Notes: generated by a model from the sequence alone, not told the origin. A stretch of 64,000 bases of DNA from a virus (IMGVR_UViG_3300022391_000001:1-64000), one strand, 5' to 3'; positions 35,894 through 46,426 are shown, numbered from the stretch's first letter. A program made the numbers and translations.

Positions 35894-36200
35894 CTTGCGC
35901 TCCTGTTCAGTTACCTGGTGCCGGAGGTGTGGAACCTCCCTGTTCCACGGCGTCACGATTTGCCTGCTTCGCAGCCATCGGCTTTCCGCGAAGGGATTAT
36001 GACCGGCAGAGCGGCGCGATGCTGGCCAACAGACATCGCGCTGTGTTCCCCGGCTCGCCTGTGCTCCACAGACTCAGGTCAATTCCTGCTGTTGACCGGC
36101 GGCATACATTCCGCCGACGCCAAATCTCCAGCATCCAGGGTCCCGGCAGGATAGCTCGCTTGAGCAGCTTCGGCTAGACTGTACTCAAGGGAGGACAACA

Positions 36201-36443
36201 ATGCATAAAGTGATCATCGCCCTCGGGCTTGCCCTTGCTATGGTCGTGCCCGTCGCCAGCAGCATCGCTGGCCCTGATCCCAAACCCAAAGATCCTACCA
36301 AGAAAGTGCAGGAGCTTGCGGGCGCTTGCGTCCTGGAAGGCATGGGCGCGGGTGCCTTCCAGACTCTCACCGCTGAAGAGCTTGCTGCCTACTGCGTGAC
36401 CGTCGCCGTTCAGATCTTTGAGGCTGACTACACCGCGCCTTGA
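36201..36443 (+). CDS. Small secreted protein (signal peptide)
   Basis: GGAGG RBS; MHKVIIALGLALAMVVPVASSIA signal; KKVQE...AF.....ELAAYCVTVAVQI. Confidence 0.75.
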   Translation: MHKVIIALGLALAMVVPVASSIAGPDPKPKDPTKKVQELAGACVLEGMGAGAFQTLTAEELAAYCVTVAVQIFEADYTAP

Positions 36444-36711
36444 CGCCCTCGCTCGGAGGGTGGGGCTGGGATGTAGAGCTTAGGTGCCGTCAAGGCACCC
36501 CCGCCGACCACGCAGGCCCTCCGGCTTGGAAACCGGTGCTCGGTTTCAGGGTCTGGCAACCCTTGGTCTATCCCACGCGTGCCAGCGCGCTGCCCCTCAA
36601 TTCTCCGCTGTAGAACCTCGATGGCCGCCGCGTAGTTGGCGGCGGCGCCGTCGCATCGGTTCCGCATAGCGCGATTGAGCATGTTCTCCAAGACCGCCAA
36701 AGTCAACTCCG

Positions 36712-36981
36712 TCATTCCCAACCTCGCTGCTTCTTGCTCCACGTCCACAAATACCAACGCCTGCCGGGCACCTGCGGAAGTGACGCCAAATCCCTTTGGT
36801 CATACACCGTCCACCCTCGTTCAGTGGGCTTGCAGTCCGAGTCTATCCACCCGGCGTCAATCACGGTCTGGACATGGTGTTCCAGCCCCAACCAGCTCCC
36901 GAAGTAAGCACCCGCTTGCCCATGCTCCACGCACCCCTTCAGCACAGCGAACTGGATGCGTCTGTCGTCGCTGTAGAGCAT
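36712..36981 (-). CDS. Hypothetical protein
   Basis: 89 aa, GGAGG RBS. Confidence 0.5.
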   Translation of the reverse strand: MLYSDDRRIQFAVLKGCVEHGQAGAYFGSWLGLEHHVQTVIDAGWIDSDCKPTERGWTVYDQRDLASLPQVPGRRWYLWTWSKKQRGWE

Positions 36982-36982
36982 C

Positions 36983-37318
36983 TCACCCTCCGTCCTGCTT
37001 GAAGTGGTTGTCTTGCTGTATGATCATGGGCGGCAAGCACTCTCGAAGCTGACGCTCTGTGGTCGCCTTGATGACTTCGGTGAGATATTTCGCGTGCTGA
37101 ACTAGACAGGCGGCCAAGATTTGAGCCACTGGCGCGTCGGGCCTGTGGTTGAGCCACGTCGTCATGGATGCCCGGATCACCGGGTCGTACAGCGACGCCA
37201 GCTCCATCAAAGCATTGGCTGTGGGCAAGTCGACACCCGCCTTATGCATCCTGAGTACAAAATCAGCACTTCTGGTCAACAATGGGGTCTTCTCCAATTC
37301 CCGGAGTTTGAATTCCAA
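36983..37318 (-). CDS. Hypothetical protein
   Basis: 111 aa ORF. Confidence 0.45.
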   Translation of the reverse strand: MEFKLRELEKTPLLTRSADFVLRMHKAGVDLPTANALMELASLYDPVIRASMTTWLNHRPDAPVAQILAACLVQHAKYLTEVIKATTERQLRECLPPMIIQQDNHFKQDGG

Positions 37319-37370
37319 TAGTTCAGTCGCCTCAGATCACACGCCCCGAACCGCAGCGCCCTGTCATCGA

Positions 37371-38066
37371 TTAAAGATGGTCGCCGCTCCGATCATAGAC
37401 GATCTCGATGCCCGAGGTGTCGTTCAGCGCCGACGCGAAGCGCTCCTGGTGCTGCTCCGGGAGCAGCTCCCATCCGATACACAGACGCTGTGGCGCCACC
37501 GCGTCGCCCATCACCCACTCCGTCAACGCTCGATGCATGTCCCCGCACACCCTGTAGTTGGCCACCAGCACCATCCCGTCGATGGCCATCCCGGTCACCG
37601 TCGGATTGCTCTCGGGATCATACAGCGACACCCGAGTCACCGCTGAACCGGGCATCTTGCCCCTGTAGCCGATACACCCGAGATTGTCCAGCGAGTCCTG
37701 CCACAGCGGTTGGTACTCCAAAAGCCGCTCCCGATACCAAAGCGTGCGCTCCTGGATGTCGACCTTGGTTGGCGGCGCCGTGTGGCGAGTGTGCACCCCT
37801 CGGGATATCTGCTCCAAAAAGTCTTCATCGGGATACATGAGGGATTGGTCCAAACGGTCTGTGTCCACCTCCACGACCCCCCAACGCTCGCCCTCGGAGG
37901 TGGCGTTGAAGGCGAAGTGAAGAGCATAGGTGCTCGTGAGATACACCAGCTGGTCAGTGGAGCCGATACGCCAGTTGGACTTCCGACGGGTGACCGCCCG
38001 TGGGGCCAGCCCCTCGGAGGGTGCCCGTCGGGCAACGTCGGCGGAGGTGCCGTGGTACAGCTTCAT
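37371..38066 (-). CDS. Putative ADP-ribosyltransferase-fold protein (LYHGT class)
   Basis: MKLYHGTS...GL.P...VYLT...A..FA...VVEVD. Confidence 0.62.
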   Translation of the reverse strand: MKLYHGTSADVARRAPSEGLAPRAVTRRKSNWRIGSTDQLVYLTSTYALHFAFNATSEGERWGVVEVDTDRLDQSLMYPDEDFLEQISRGVHTRHTAPPTKVDIQERTLWYRERLLEYQPLWQDSLDNLGCIGYRGKMPGSAVTRVSLYDPESNPTVTGMAIDGMVLVANYRVCGDMHRALTEWVMGDAVAPQRLCIGWELLPEQHQERFASALNDTSGIEIVYDRSGDHL

Positions 38067-38068
38067 GC

Positions 38069-38365
38069 TCAGTGCCCGTTTGGATCTGGATTTGGCCGCT
38101 TCCGGTGCTCTTCAGGGTCGGAGGTGAAGTTGAACCCCGCGTCCTGGAGCCGTCGGATGATGTCGTTTTCAGTCTCACCGTACTCAATCACCAGATGGAA
38201 ATTCAACGCTCCGCCCGTCGCCGACGGTGTCTTGTGGATGGGCATGCCTTCTCGGAGCTTCCGGAGGTTCATCTCTGACAGCCCGATAACCACCATCGGC
38301 GTCCCGTCGCCTGCTCGCGTCCCCGCAATCAACATCATATCCTCCAAAACGTTTGAGTGATTCAC
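38069..38365 (-). CDS. Hypothetical phage protein
   Basis: IGLSEMNLRKLREGMPI...YGETE. Confidence 0.55.
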   Translation of the reverse strand: MNHSNVLEDMMLIAGTRAGDGTPMVVIGLSEMNLRKLREGMPIHKTPSATGGALNFHLVIEYGETENDIIRRLQDAGFNFTSDPEEHRKRPNPDPNGH

Positions 38366-38385
38366 TAGGGATTACACTTCAAGAA

Positions 38386-38736
38386 TCACGCCAGGTGCCC
38401 GTCCTCAGTGCGCGTGATCTCCCAATAACCGCTGGCATCGACCATCAGACGCTGGATGCCCATCTTGGCCATGTCCTTGTGGATGCGCGCTGCGTACCAA
38501 TCGAAGTTGGACTTGGACTTCTTGCCCCGGCGCTGCGGTTTCTCCCGGGCAATCTCCGTCTCAATTTCCTTCAGCGTCGCAAAGCACACTCCGAGCCCGA
38601 AGCGCTTGCGCACACGCTTCGCTGCCTCGTTCATCGAGCACCCCGCTAACATCTCACGCTTCGCCGCCGCCCTTCGTGCACGGAGGGCTTCCCGGGTCCC
38701 GGCACCCGTTGGCTTGTCTTCTCGGTTCTTTGCCAT
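38386..38736 (-). CDS. Basic hypothetical protein, possibly DNA-binding
   Basis: 116 aa, Arg/Lys-rich. Confidence 0.5.
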   Translation of the reverse strand: MAKNREDKPTGAGTREALRARRAAAKREMLAGCSMNEAAKRVRKRFGLGVCFATLKEIETEIAREKPQRRGKKSKSNFDWYAARIHKDMAKMGIQRLMVDASGYWEITRTEDGHLA

Positions 38737-38920
38737 CCTCGGTGCCTTTCGTTGCCCGTCGGGACTTTCTACAGCGGTGACGTGGGCGACGCTGAAGCCT
38801 TGGCTGACTGGAGCTGATAAAGGCTGATAAAACAGACGCTCGGAGCGCTTCCGATCGGTATATCAGCCGTTTTCCGCTGGTTTCGGCTGGTTATAAGGCA
38901 CGAAAACAGCCAAATCGCAC

Positions 38921-39033
38921 TGTTTCGGCGTGTTTTCGGCCATTTTCGTCTGGTTTTCGGCGTGTTTTCGGCCATTTTCGTCTGGTTTTCGGCGTGTTTT
39001 AGGGCCTTTTTCGTGTGGTTTTCGGCGTGTTTC
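38921..39033. repeat. 32-bp tandem repeat (~3.4 copies) with helically phased T-tracts
   Basis: Unit ttttcggcgtgttttcggccattttcgtctgg; TTTTCG recurs every 10-11 bp. Confidence 0.9.
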
Positions 39034-39042
39034 TATATCACT

Positions 39043-39750
39043 TCAGAGTGGGACTGGGCCAAGGCTGATGCGTTTTTTGCCATTATTTTTGGGACGTTTG
39101 GCGTGTCTGATTGTGCCGCCGGTGGGTTTCTTGGGTGGGGGCGGAGGTGTGGGGTGTGGGGGTGCCGACTCGGGATGGGGCTCGGGCGACGCTTCCGGGC
39201 TCGGATCTGTCGCGTTGTGGACAGCGAGCTGGCGAGGGTCCATGTCGATAATGGACTGATCACCATACTTGGACATCAACTTTTCTAGCACCGCCAGCTC
39301 CGAGGTGATCATGGAACGCAATTCCTTGTTGCTCAACTCGGTCACGATAACGCCGTTGACCACCTCCTTGCGCTCCGGCTGGCGATGGATGAGGCCGAAG
39401 CTCTGCCCACGGTCAATCAGCTTGTCGTATATCTCTGAACGGGCGCGCACTGCGCCGACCATGGCGGAATACTGCTTGGACCGCTTGAACTCGGCAATCA
39501 TGGCCGATAGGTCACGAACGTTCTCTGCCTGCTTCATCATGTAGTCAACATAGACGTGCTCCACCGGCCGGCGGCGAAGGTTCTCAGACTCCTGGTCAAA
39601 CATAGCGGCTTTCAGCTCATTGTATTCGCTGGCTGAAAGTCCCATTTCTTCTTGGACTTCTTTGTCGCTCTTGCCCGATGCCAACCGACCATAGATCGTT
39701 GACACCGCCTCAGCCACCATTTTCCGGGTGTATCGGGATATCTGGGCCAT
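39043..39750 (-). CDS. Putative terminase small subunit (N-terminal HTH)
   Basis: GKSDKEVQEEMGLS HTH, helical core, AMVGAVRARSEI...FGL, ELSNKEL. No TerS is evident next to TerL. Confidence 0.5.
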   Translation of the reverse strand: MAQISRYTRKMVAEAVSTIYGRLASGKSDKEVQEEMGLSASEYNELKAAMFDQESENLRRRPVEHVYVDYMMKQAENVRDLSAMIAEFKRSKQYSAMVGAVRARSEIYDKLIDRGQSFGLIHRQPERKEVVNGVIVTELSNKELRSMITSELAVLEKLMSKYGDQSIIDMDPRQLAVHNATDPSPEASPEPHPESAPPHPTPPPPPKKPTGGTIRHAKRPKNNGKKRISLGPVPL

Positions 39751-40102
39751 CGCTCACTTCCTTTCTGACCATCGTCACCACATCCGCAAAGGCGAACATC
39801 ATCGGAAACAATACCCCAAATGCCCATGCAGAGCGAGTAGTGGGGCTGGGGTGAGAGTCCACTCGGTCCATCGCATCTGCACTCGAATACAAGGTGTACA
39901 CACCGAAGCGAATGCGCCAGTGCCATCCGGGATACAGCCGCGACAACGCAGAACGGGAATCAACGATGTACACCAGAGTCGGCACCTCAACGGCCGTCCG
40001 ATAATGAGCATGAGACCATGGCAAGATGAAGTGAGCGACCTTGGACAACATTCGGACCAGGAGCATTGGACACCTCCCAGTCTTAGTCTAGCCCGAGTCT
40101 GC

Positions 40103-40651
40103 TCAATTGAAATGCAAGACACAACGACTAAGCACACCGACACCGGCGATGCGACTCTGGAGACAGTGACCCACCTCACGGAAGTGGTCAACGATTTGCT
40201 CCAACAGTCCGGTCACCGGCGGAGTTGACGCTTCAGCGTAGGCTCGCCCTGGCGCCGAAGCGGATACCTTCACCCAGTTGCCATGGACAGCGGCAGTGCC
40301 ATCCTCCAACAATACATGGGCTATGCCGCCAACCACCACCCACGTGGGCTGGCCCGCCGCAGCGCCGTTCTCATACACAACCCCGAAGGGATCGAATGAA
40401 TCCGCCGGAGCGAGGACAAAGCCGCCCTCCGCCGCCCGGTCGACACTTACAACCGAGCCTCTCACGCTCGGCACGCCAGTGCCGTTGAGCAGCCGGATTG
40501 CAAAACCACCGTCTGGAGTGAAGCGCGAGGCACAGTCCGATGTCTCGCCCCATCCCAGCGAAGTGGAAAGAAGCTCCAGAAGAACAGCGGCGTGCGCTTC
40601 GCTCACCCCGGTGCCACTCAGAGCGTCGGCGAGTGCCTTGGGAATTGTCAT
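40103..40651 (-). CDS. DUF2190-like/capsid cement-like beta protein
   Basis: RGSVV...FGVVYE..AAGQPTWVVVGGIAHV; repeated trimeric beta-type pattern. Confidence 0.5.
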   Translation of the reverse strand: MTIPKALADALSGTGVSEAHAAVLLELLSTSLGWGETSDCASRFTPDGGFAIRLLNGTGVPSVRGSVVSVDRAAEGGFVLAPADSFDPFGVVYENGAAAGQPTWVVVGGIAHVLLEDGTAAVHGNWVKVSASAPGRAYAEASTPPVTGLLEQIVDHFREVGHCLQSRIAGVGVLSRCVLHFN

Positions 40652-40777
40652 TGATAGGCTCCTAACAGGGTTGAATCGGAATGCGACAGAGTCTAGCCTG
40701 TGGGCGACCGATTGGCGAAACATCGGAGCTTGCCGGAAAGGACACATTCAGAAATACGTTGGCCGGAGGTGACCGCG

Positions 40778-41131
40778 ATGACGACAAACATCCGTCTGGA
40801 CCGATACTACAGCAAGCCGAATGAAACCCAAAGCGCCTGCGACCACGACAAGGTGTACAACCGTCGGAGGGTGTATACCTCGCACCCTCCGAAAATGGAC
40901 TGGGCGCGGAGAAGGTGTGGGTTGAGGGGCAGGGACACGTTGGGTGGGGGCGAGGTCGATGACGAGTATTCAGCGGAGCTTCGGAAGTGGGCTGAAGACG
41001 GGGTTGGGGATAGGGATGGGACTCGAACGGGCGGCGGTGGACAGTGTCTCGTCTGCGGTGGGCCGGTAGGTGAGACGGGGTGCTTTCGTGTAGAATGCCT
41101 CGGGCAACCCTTCAAACCTAATGGGGTGTGA
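40778..41131 (+). CDS. Hypothetical protein with Cys motifs
   Basis: GGAGG RBS; CDH...TSHPP...W...CG; CLVC...C. Confidence 0.45.
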   Translation: MTTNIRLDRYYSKPNETQSACDHDKVYNRRRVYTSHPPKMDWARRRCGLRGRDTLGGGEVDDEYSAELRKWAEDGVGDRDGTRTGGGGQCLVCGGPVGETGCFRVECLGQPFKPNGV

Positions 41132-42637
41132 GGTGGGTTGCGGGTGTGGGGTTGGGACGTGTCGGCGTGGGGTTTTTTCTGAAAACAGCGGATGGCAATA
41201 GCGGGCAAGGACGCGCGTGTGTATTTTAGGTGTGTTTCGGGTGTATTTTCTGGGAGTGTGTTGATATCTTTGAATAGTGGTCGTTCGATTCCCGAGACGG
41301 GGAAAGTGGTCGCTTGAGTGGTCTTGGCGGGGACGATTGTTGCGTTCTGTGGTGCATGGGTGTGGGGTTTTGGCTAGAAACAGGTGATGGCGTGGATGGG
41401 GTGAGCGGGATGGGGTGTGGGGTTGGGTGTGGGACGGTGACGTGTGGGCGTGGGGTTTTCTCTGAAAACAGGTGGTGGGGCGGAGGTGTGGGGGCCATGG
41501 GTGTTGGGTGATTGGGTGGTAGTTGAGTGGTTCAAAAGGGGTGGAAGTGTGAGACGGTGGCGTGGGAAGCGTGGGGTGGTTGTGCCAGGCATTGGGCTGC
41601 GGCGCAGCCCACCCCACGCTTCCGTCCACAGTGGGGGGGTCGCTCCGCTTTCACACCGCAATCGCCCCCACCTCGGAGCCCTCCGCCGAGACACTCATCC
41701 CACCCAACCAGGCATGTGTTATCTGGTAGCTGGGAGCGCCAGATTGTCTACCGGACGGTAGGCAGCGGGCACCCCTCGGAGGGTGTGCGGTCGGAGGGTG
41801 AGATTGCCCCTCCGAGGTGTGGTTTGCGCATGCCCTCCGAGCCCTGCTCTATGATGCATTTTTGCACGCAAAATGCCATGCGGTGTTGGGTGATATGTGT
41901 GCGAAAGTATAATTATTTAGCTGTGTTGTGTGGAGGTTGAATTATATGGGGTTTCCGCACGCCCTGTGGTGTGTGCGAAGCACACTGCAAGTGGCAGGAA
42001 GTTCAACGATTTCGCCACACCACACCCACGCCGCCCACTATCCCCACTAGAGTCATGTTTATTTGTTCGTTTCTCGTCACATCCCCTTCTACGGGCTACC
42101 CCATTCAGTCTTATCCCCACTCTATCCGCTCTTCATCCTTTTCTCGCTCCTATCCCTCCCTTGTACTCGTCATACGGGTACTTGTATATGCTCCTATGTT
42201 CTTCTCGCTTGTTCTAGTGGCTTCTCTCATTTCTCGTGTAGACTTGTGTTGTAGTTGTCTGCGATGCCTTCTGTTGTTTCCTTGTGCGTGGGGCTTCGAG
42301 GTGGGGTCTGGTTTTTCCGGGCTGTGGGAGGGATGGTGTTTTCTGGGCTCGTGCAATGCTGTTGGACTTGAGTTGCTGTGGTGCGCGGATAAACAGCCTC
42401 GATGTTTGATCTTGAAGTCCGGTTTCTTAGGGCTTCCAATAAAAGGCGTGTTTCCGGCTTCGTTGCTCGTTTAGGTGTTGTCCGAGTTGAATTCTATGGG
42501 TTTGCGTTGGCTGGAGCATTGTCTGTGTCCATGCGGGTGCGTTTCTTGTGCCGCTTTGGCGTGCCAAATTTCTATGGGTGTTTTCGTGTCTCTTCTCGGT
42601 GCTTTGTTCAGGTGGCGTTTCCGTCCGGTGGTGCTCG
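41132..42637. other. Long non-coding, strand-skewed region (candidate origin or packaging/terminus locus)
   Basis: G/T-rich plus strand, only low-complexity spurious ORFs, several repeat families. Confidence 0.65.
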
Positions 42638-45600
42638 TTAGGATTTGTCTGTTTCTGGCTTCGTTTCCGCACACAGTTCTATGGCGGAATGGGGTGCGCT
42701 TGCCTTGATGGTCTTCTCCACGGCGTTGCGGAGCCGTTTGGCCTGCATTTTATGCTTCTCGTTACACCACGGGCACGAACGGGCGGGACGCCGCCAGCCC
42801 ACGTCAACCGCATCGACGTCATAGGTGTGCATGAGCGCTTCTAGCTTGCCGATGAACTCCGTCCTGTCCCTCGGGTCATTGTCGCAGATGATGTTTCCAA
42901 CCAGGTTGCTTTCCACTTTGTGCTCCGGTGTCATCCTTCTCGGTTCCCCCGCATGATTTTTGCCTCTTTGGGCGTGTCAGGTTGCAAACGGTCGGCGTTC
43001 ACGTCCGGATAAAGCGGCGCCCGGATTTGATCCAGCCGGTCGTTGAGACGCTCTATCGCTTCGGTCAACCGTTCTTGCGACTTTCGATGAAGCTGAAGCT
43101 CCGTGATCAGCGTCCGGAGATTGTGGTTCAACGTTGATGTGTTTTCCGTCATGGTTTCTTGCTCCCGCGTGGCTTCGCGTTGTATCCTGTGCCCATTTTC
43201 GGCGGCACGCCCCGGCTGACTTCCGAAAGCACCTTGGCTGCCAGGTCCCTCGGGATGCGATGGAGCCCCCAATCGGCTGGGATGAACAGTGCTGTGGCCT
43301 TTGCACCTGTCCTCCGGATTGCTTCGCGCACCAGCTCGATGTCGGCGCCGTCGGGCGGCGAGCCCTGCTGGTACTTGAGCAGGATCAAATCACCATCCTC
43401 GATGCGGAGCTTGCTCACCATCTCCCTCCATCCATAAAATTGTGTTGCTCGTGCCTGATGCTTGGCCTCATATTCTCGTGCCTTGCGTTCCCATCGCTCG
43501 TTGTCCCACTCATCGCCCAAGTCCAGCCCGGTCCACAGCACTTCGCCGTCCAAGTCGTTTCGTCCCATCCGGACTGTCTCCTATGGGTGATTTTGTTTGT
43601 TATTGCCGCCAGCGGTCCCGGAGCTGTTCTAGTGTTGCTGCCGAAAATGGCTTGTTGCTGGTCCTCAGCTCCTTGGTCATCGCCCTCTGATATTGGATCT
43701 GCTCGTCCAGGATGGCCTTCAGCGCGTGCTCCGTCGTTGGGTACTTGAGCACCCGTCCGGAGCGGTCTGAAATCGTCATCCCCTCCGCGTCCCACTCTAT
43801 GGTGATCAGCGGCGGAGTGCCGAGGATGTTCTCCGCCGCTTGGCGAAGGTGACTTGGCGCTCCGAGCGTCCACCCATCCGATCGCATCAGCACGATGTCG
43901 TAGTGAATCCCGTCCCGGCGTGCCTGCCAGGTGGGCACCGCGTCCCCCTCGTGGTTGAGCAGAACTCGGATGGGCCCCTTCTTCAGCACGCGGACAAGCT
44001 CCGCCCCGTGCCCGTTGTCATCTAGCCCGAGCATAACACCACTTTCCTGCTGTTTTCGTGCGTCCCCCAACCCTCCGCCTGGACTCAGACTCGCCTTTGT
44101 TCTATCGGCAAAAATTGGTGATACGTGATGGTGTTGTTGACGTTGTCCTCCGTCCGCTCGATGTGACGGCGAAGATCAAACCCGTTGATCACCAATTCTT
44201 CATGGATTTTGTGGCCCATTTTCTGCGCCGTCTGGAGCGTCACGGTGTGGGTGATGTATCGGTAACCGTCACCGATGGCCACCCGGTCGCCGTTGACCAG
44301 GAGCTTCTTGAAGTGCTCATCCTTGAAGATCATCTTCTAACCTCACATCAATGATCCGTCGCCCTTCTCGGATCTGCTTACAGGTCTCACACTCCGGATC
44401 GTGCTCGACAACGCTCTGGAGCCCGAGGATGGCCCGAGCGGCGTTGTGGATGCAATCATCGTATCCGCAGCTGTTCTCGCACTCCGTCCCGGCGGCGGTC
44501 TTCAGCAGCCCTCGGAGCTTCGCGCCTGCTTCCGGATCATCAAATTGCTTGTTCCAATCTTCTGTGCGTTTCCGTGGCCAGCTGGACACCTCCGGCGCAC
44601 CCTCCGGTCGCAGAAGGTTGAGCAGGACGCCATCGAGCCGCCAGCCATGAAAACTTGTGCCGTTGTCGCTGATCTTGTTCCAATCCATGATGTTCTTGGT
44701 CATGATAGCGTGTATCCCTTGCCGCCGCAATTCATGCAGACTCTCTGGCGGGTGTCGTACCACTTCCTGCCATCATAGGCGATGCGAGATGCCTTGCGGA
44801 GCGTCTGGAGCGCTCCGTCCAGGTATCGGGATTGGACCTTTGTGGACAAGGCGTCGTGGATCTCTGAATGACTCAACCTCTTGTCCTTCAGCAACTCCAT
44901 GATCTCTGCTTCCACCCCATCCTTTCTTTCCATGTTTTATGCGTCCTTTCACGGGAGCAACCCGCTTTGGTATTCATCCCATTGCTCCTGCCAAAACCCC
45001 ACCCATTCTTCCATGTGTTCTTCACAGAGAATTGGCGGCGTGTCACTTTCTGCGTCCCCGTATGCGGTCATCACCGGCGCCCGAGTCCCCTCCGCCTTGC
45101 GTCCGTGCCGCTCGCACTCTTCACATGGCCCCGTGCGTGGCAACTTCCAGAACCACCCTGGAACCGACAACCCTGGTATGTATGGCTTGATGGGCTCCGG
45201 CGGCGGAGTCGAGAAACGGCGGCGCAGCTCATCCAGCGTCGGCATCAAATCCCCAAGCGAGTGTATCCCGAGGATGGACACGCACCTTGGTCTGGCCGCG
45301 CTGGATGTGGTATATTCCGCGCCTGCTCTCCAGGAGCGCTCCGGTGAAATTCAGCTCCAGATGCGTGACCGGCTTGTCGTGGGCGAGTGTGTAGCCCCTC
45401 GGGAGCTTGCCGATGATGTCCCTGATGCTCTCGATGTCCGACACGGCGCCACCTCCTTGAACCGTATCTACATACAGGGAGCCGTCGGCGCTGATTAGAG
45501 CTCACGCGGATGCGGCCCGTCGGTGATCTCTACTATGCTTTGACCCATCTGGTTGGCCGGTCCCGGCGGCGGCTGCCCATCTCGCTTGCGCCGCTTGATG

Positions 45601-45797
45601 GCAAATTGGTGTGCCGCTTGAATCGCGGAATTGGAGCTTGGGCCCGTGCCCTCATAGGCTCGGCCATCGTCGGCGGTGAGCGTCGCTCGCCAGTACTGCG
45701 GCCTGTTCTTCTTGCCGCTCGGGATGGGCTTGTCCTTGGGGCCAGTCTCTTTGGGCTTCTCAGGACGTGGCTTGGGCCCGACTGGATTCTTGGCCAT
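42638..45797 (-). other. Run of about ten small coupled early-type hypothetical genes
   Basis: ORFs 42638-42934, 42931-43152, 43149-43568, 43600-44070, 44085-44333, 44317-44703, 44700-44933 (wHTH plus CxxCxGxG), 44949-45245, 45229-45444, 45495-45797, mostly with overlapping stop/start codons. Confidence 0.6.
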
Positions 45798-45850
45798 CGT
45801 GTGCCTCCTTGATGGAGGTGATCATAGCGTGGATGCGTCTGGGAACCGAG

Positions 45851-46426
45851 TCACGGATTGAGCCCGTTCTTGTAGCCCTTCAGCGCCTTGTCGCCAGCCA
45901 GCTCAAATGCTGCTTTACGGGCCAAATATTCTGTGCTGAACACACCCTTGTCGGTGATCTTCATAGCCTTGCCCCGGCGACCGTACTGGGCCCGCACCTT
46001 GTAGGATGTCGTTTTGGTCGCCCCGATGCCAACCTTTGTTGCCAAGATCTCGACCACATACACCTTGTCGGAACGCTCATCCCGGAGATGAAGCGGGATG
46101 CGCTCGTGAACCTTGTAGGGCGGAGGTGGCGGAAGCAGCTCCGCTTCGGCCATTTTCGGCCCGTGCGGGAGCGGTGGACGCGGCGGCGGAGTCTTGGCCT
46201 TGGGGAGCGGCTCTGGCTTGCGCTTCGGTGCTTTCTCAGGCGGAGGTGGCGGCGGCGGAGTATTATCCTTGAGATGCCCAGGCCCCTTTCCCGACATCGC
46301 CGTCAAAGCATCGCCCATATCGTCCAGCCGGGTTTCAAAATCAGGCTTGTTGGCCGTTTTGCTAGGCTGTGAAGCGGGTGTGTTGCTTGTCCCAAAGCGC
46401 TGTCGGAGTTGGTCGAGTGTTGGCAT
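45851..46426 (-). CDS. WGR-domain protein with Pro-rich linker
   Basis: SDKVYVVEI...VRAQYGRRG...F.....A...A..L...K..KGY. Confidence 0.78.
   Translation of the reverse strand: MPTLDQLRQRFGTSNTPASQPSKTANKPDFETRLDDMGDALTAMSGKGPGHLKDNTPPPPPPPEKAPKRKPEPLPKAKTPPPRPPLPHGPKMAEAELLPPPPPYKVHERIPLHLRDERSDKVYVVEILATKVGIGATKTTSYKVRAQYGRRGKAMKITDKGVFSTEYLARKAAFELAGDKALKGYKNGLNP

Noticed and set aside
38921-39033. 32-bp repeats as a CRISPR array
   Set aside because: Units are contiguous with no unique spacers, and no cas genes are present.
40807-42844. His/Pro/Thr-rich and Cys/Val/Phe-rich ORFs
   Set aside because: Their composition reflects strand skew of non-coding DNA; no RBS or protein-like pattern.
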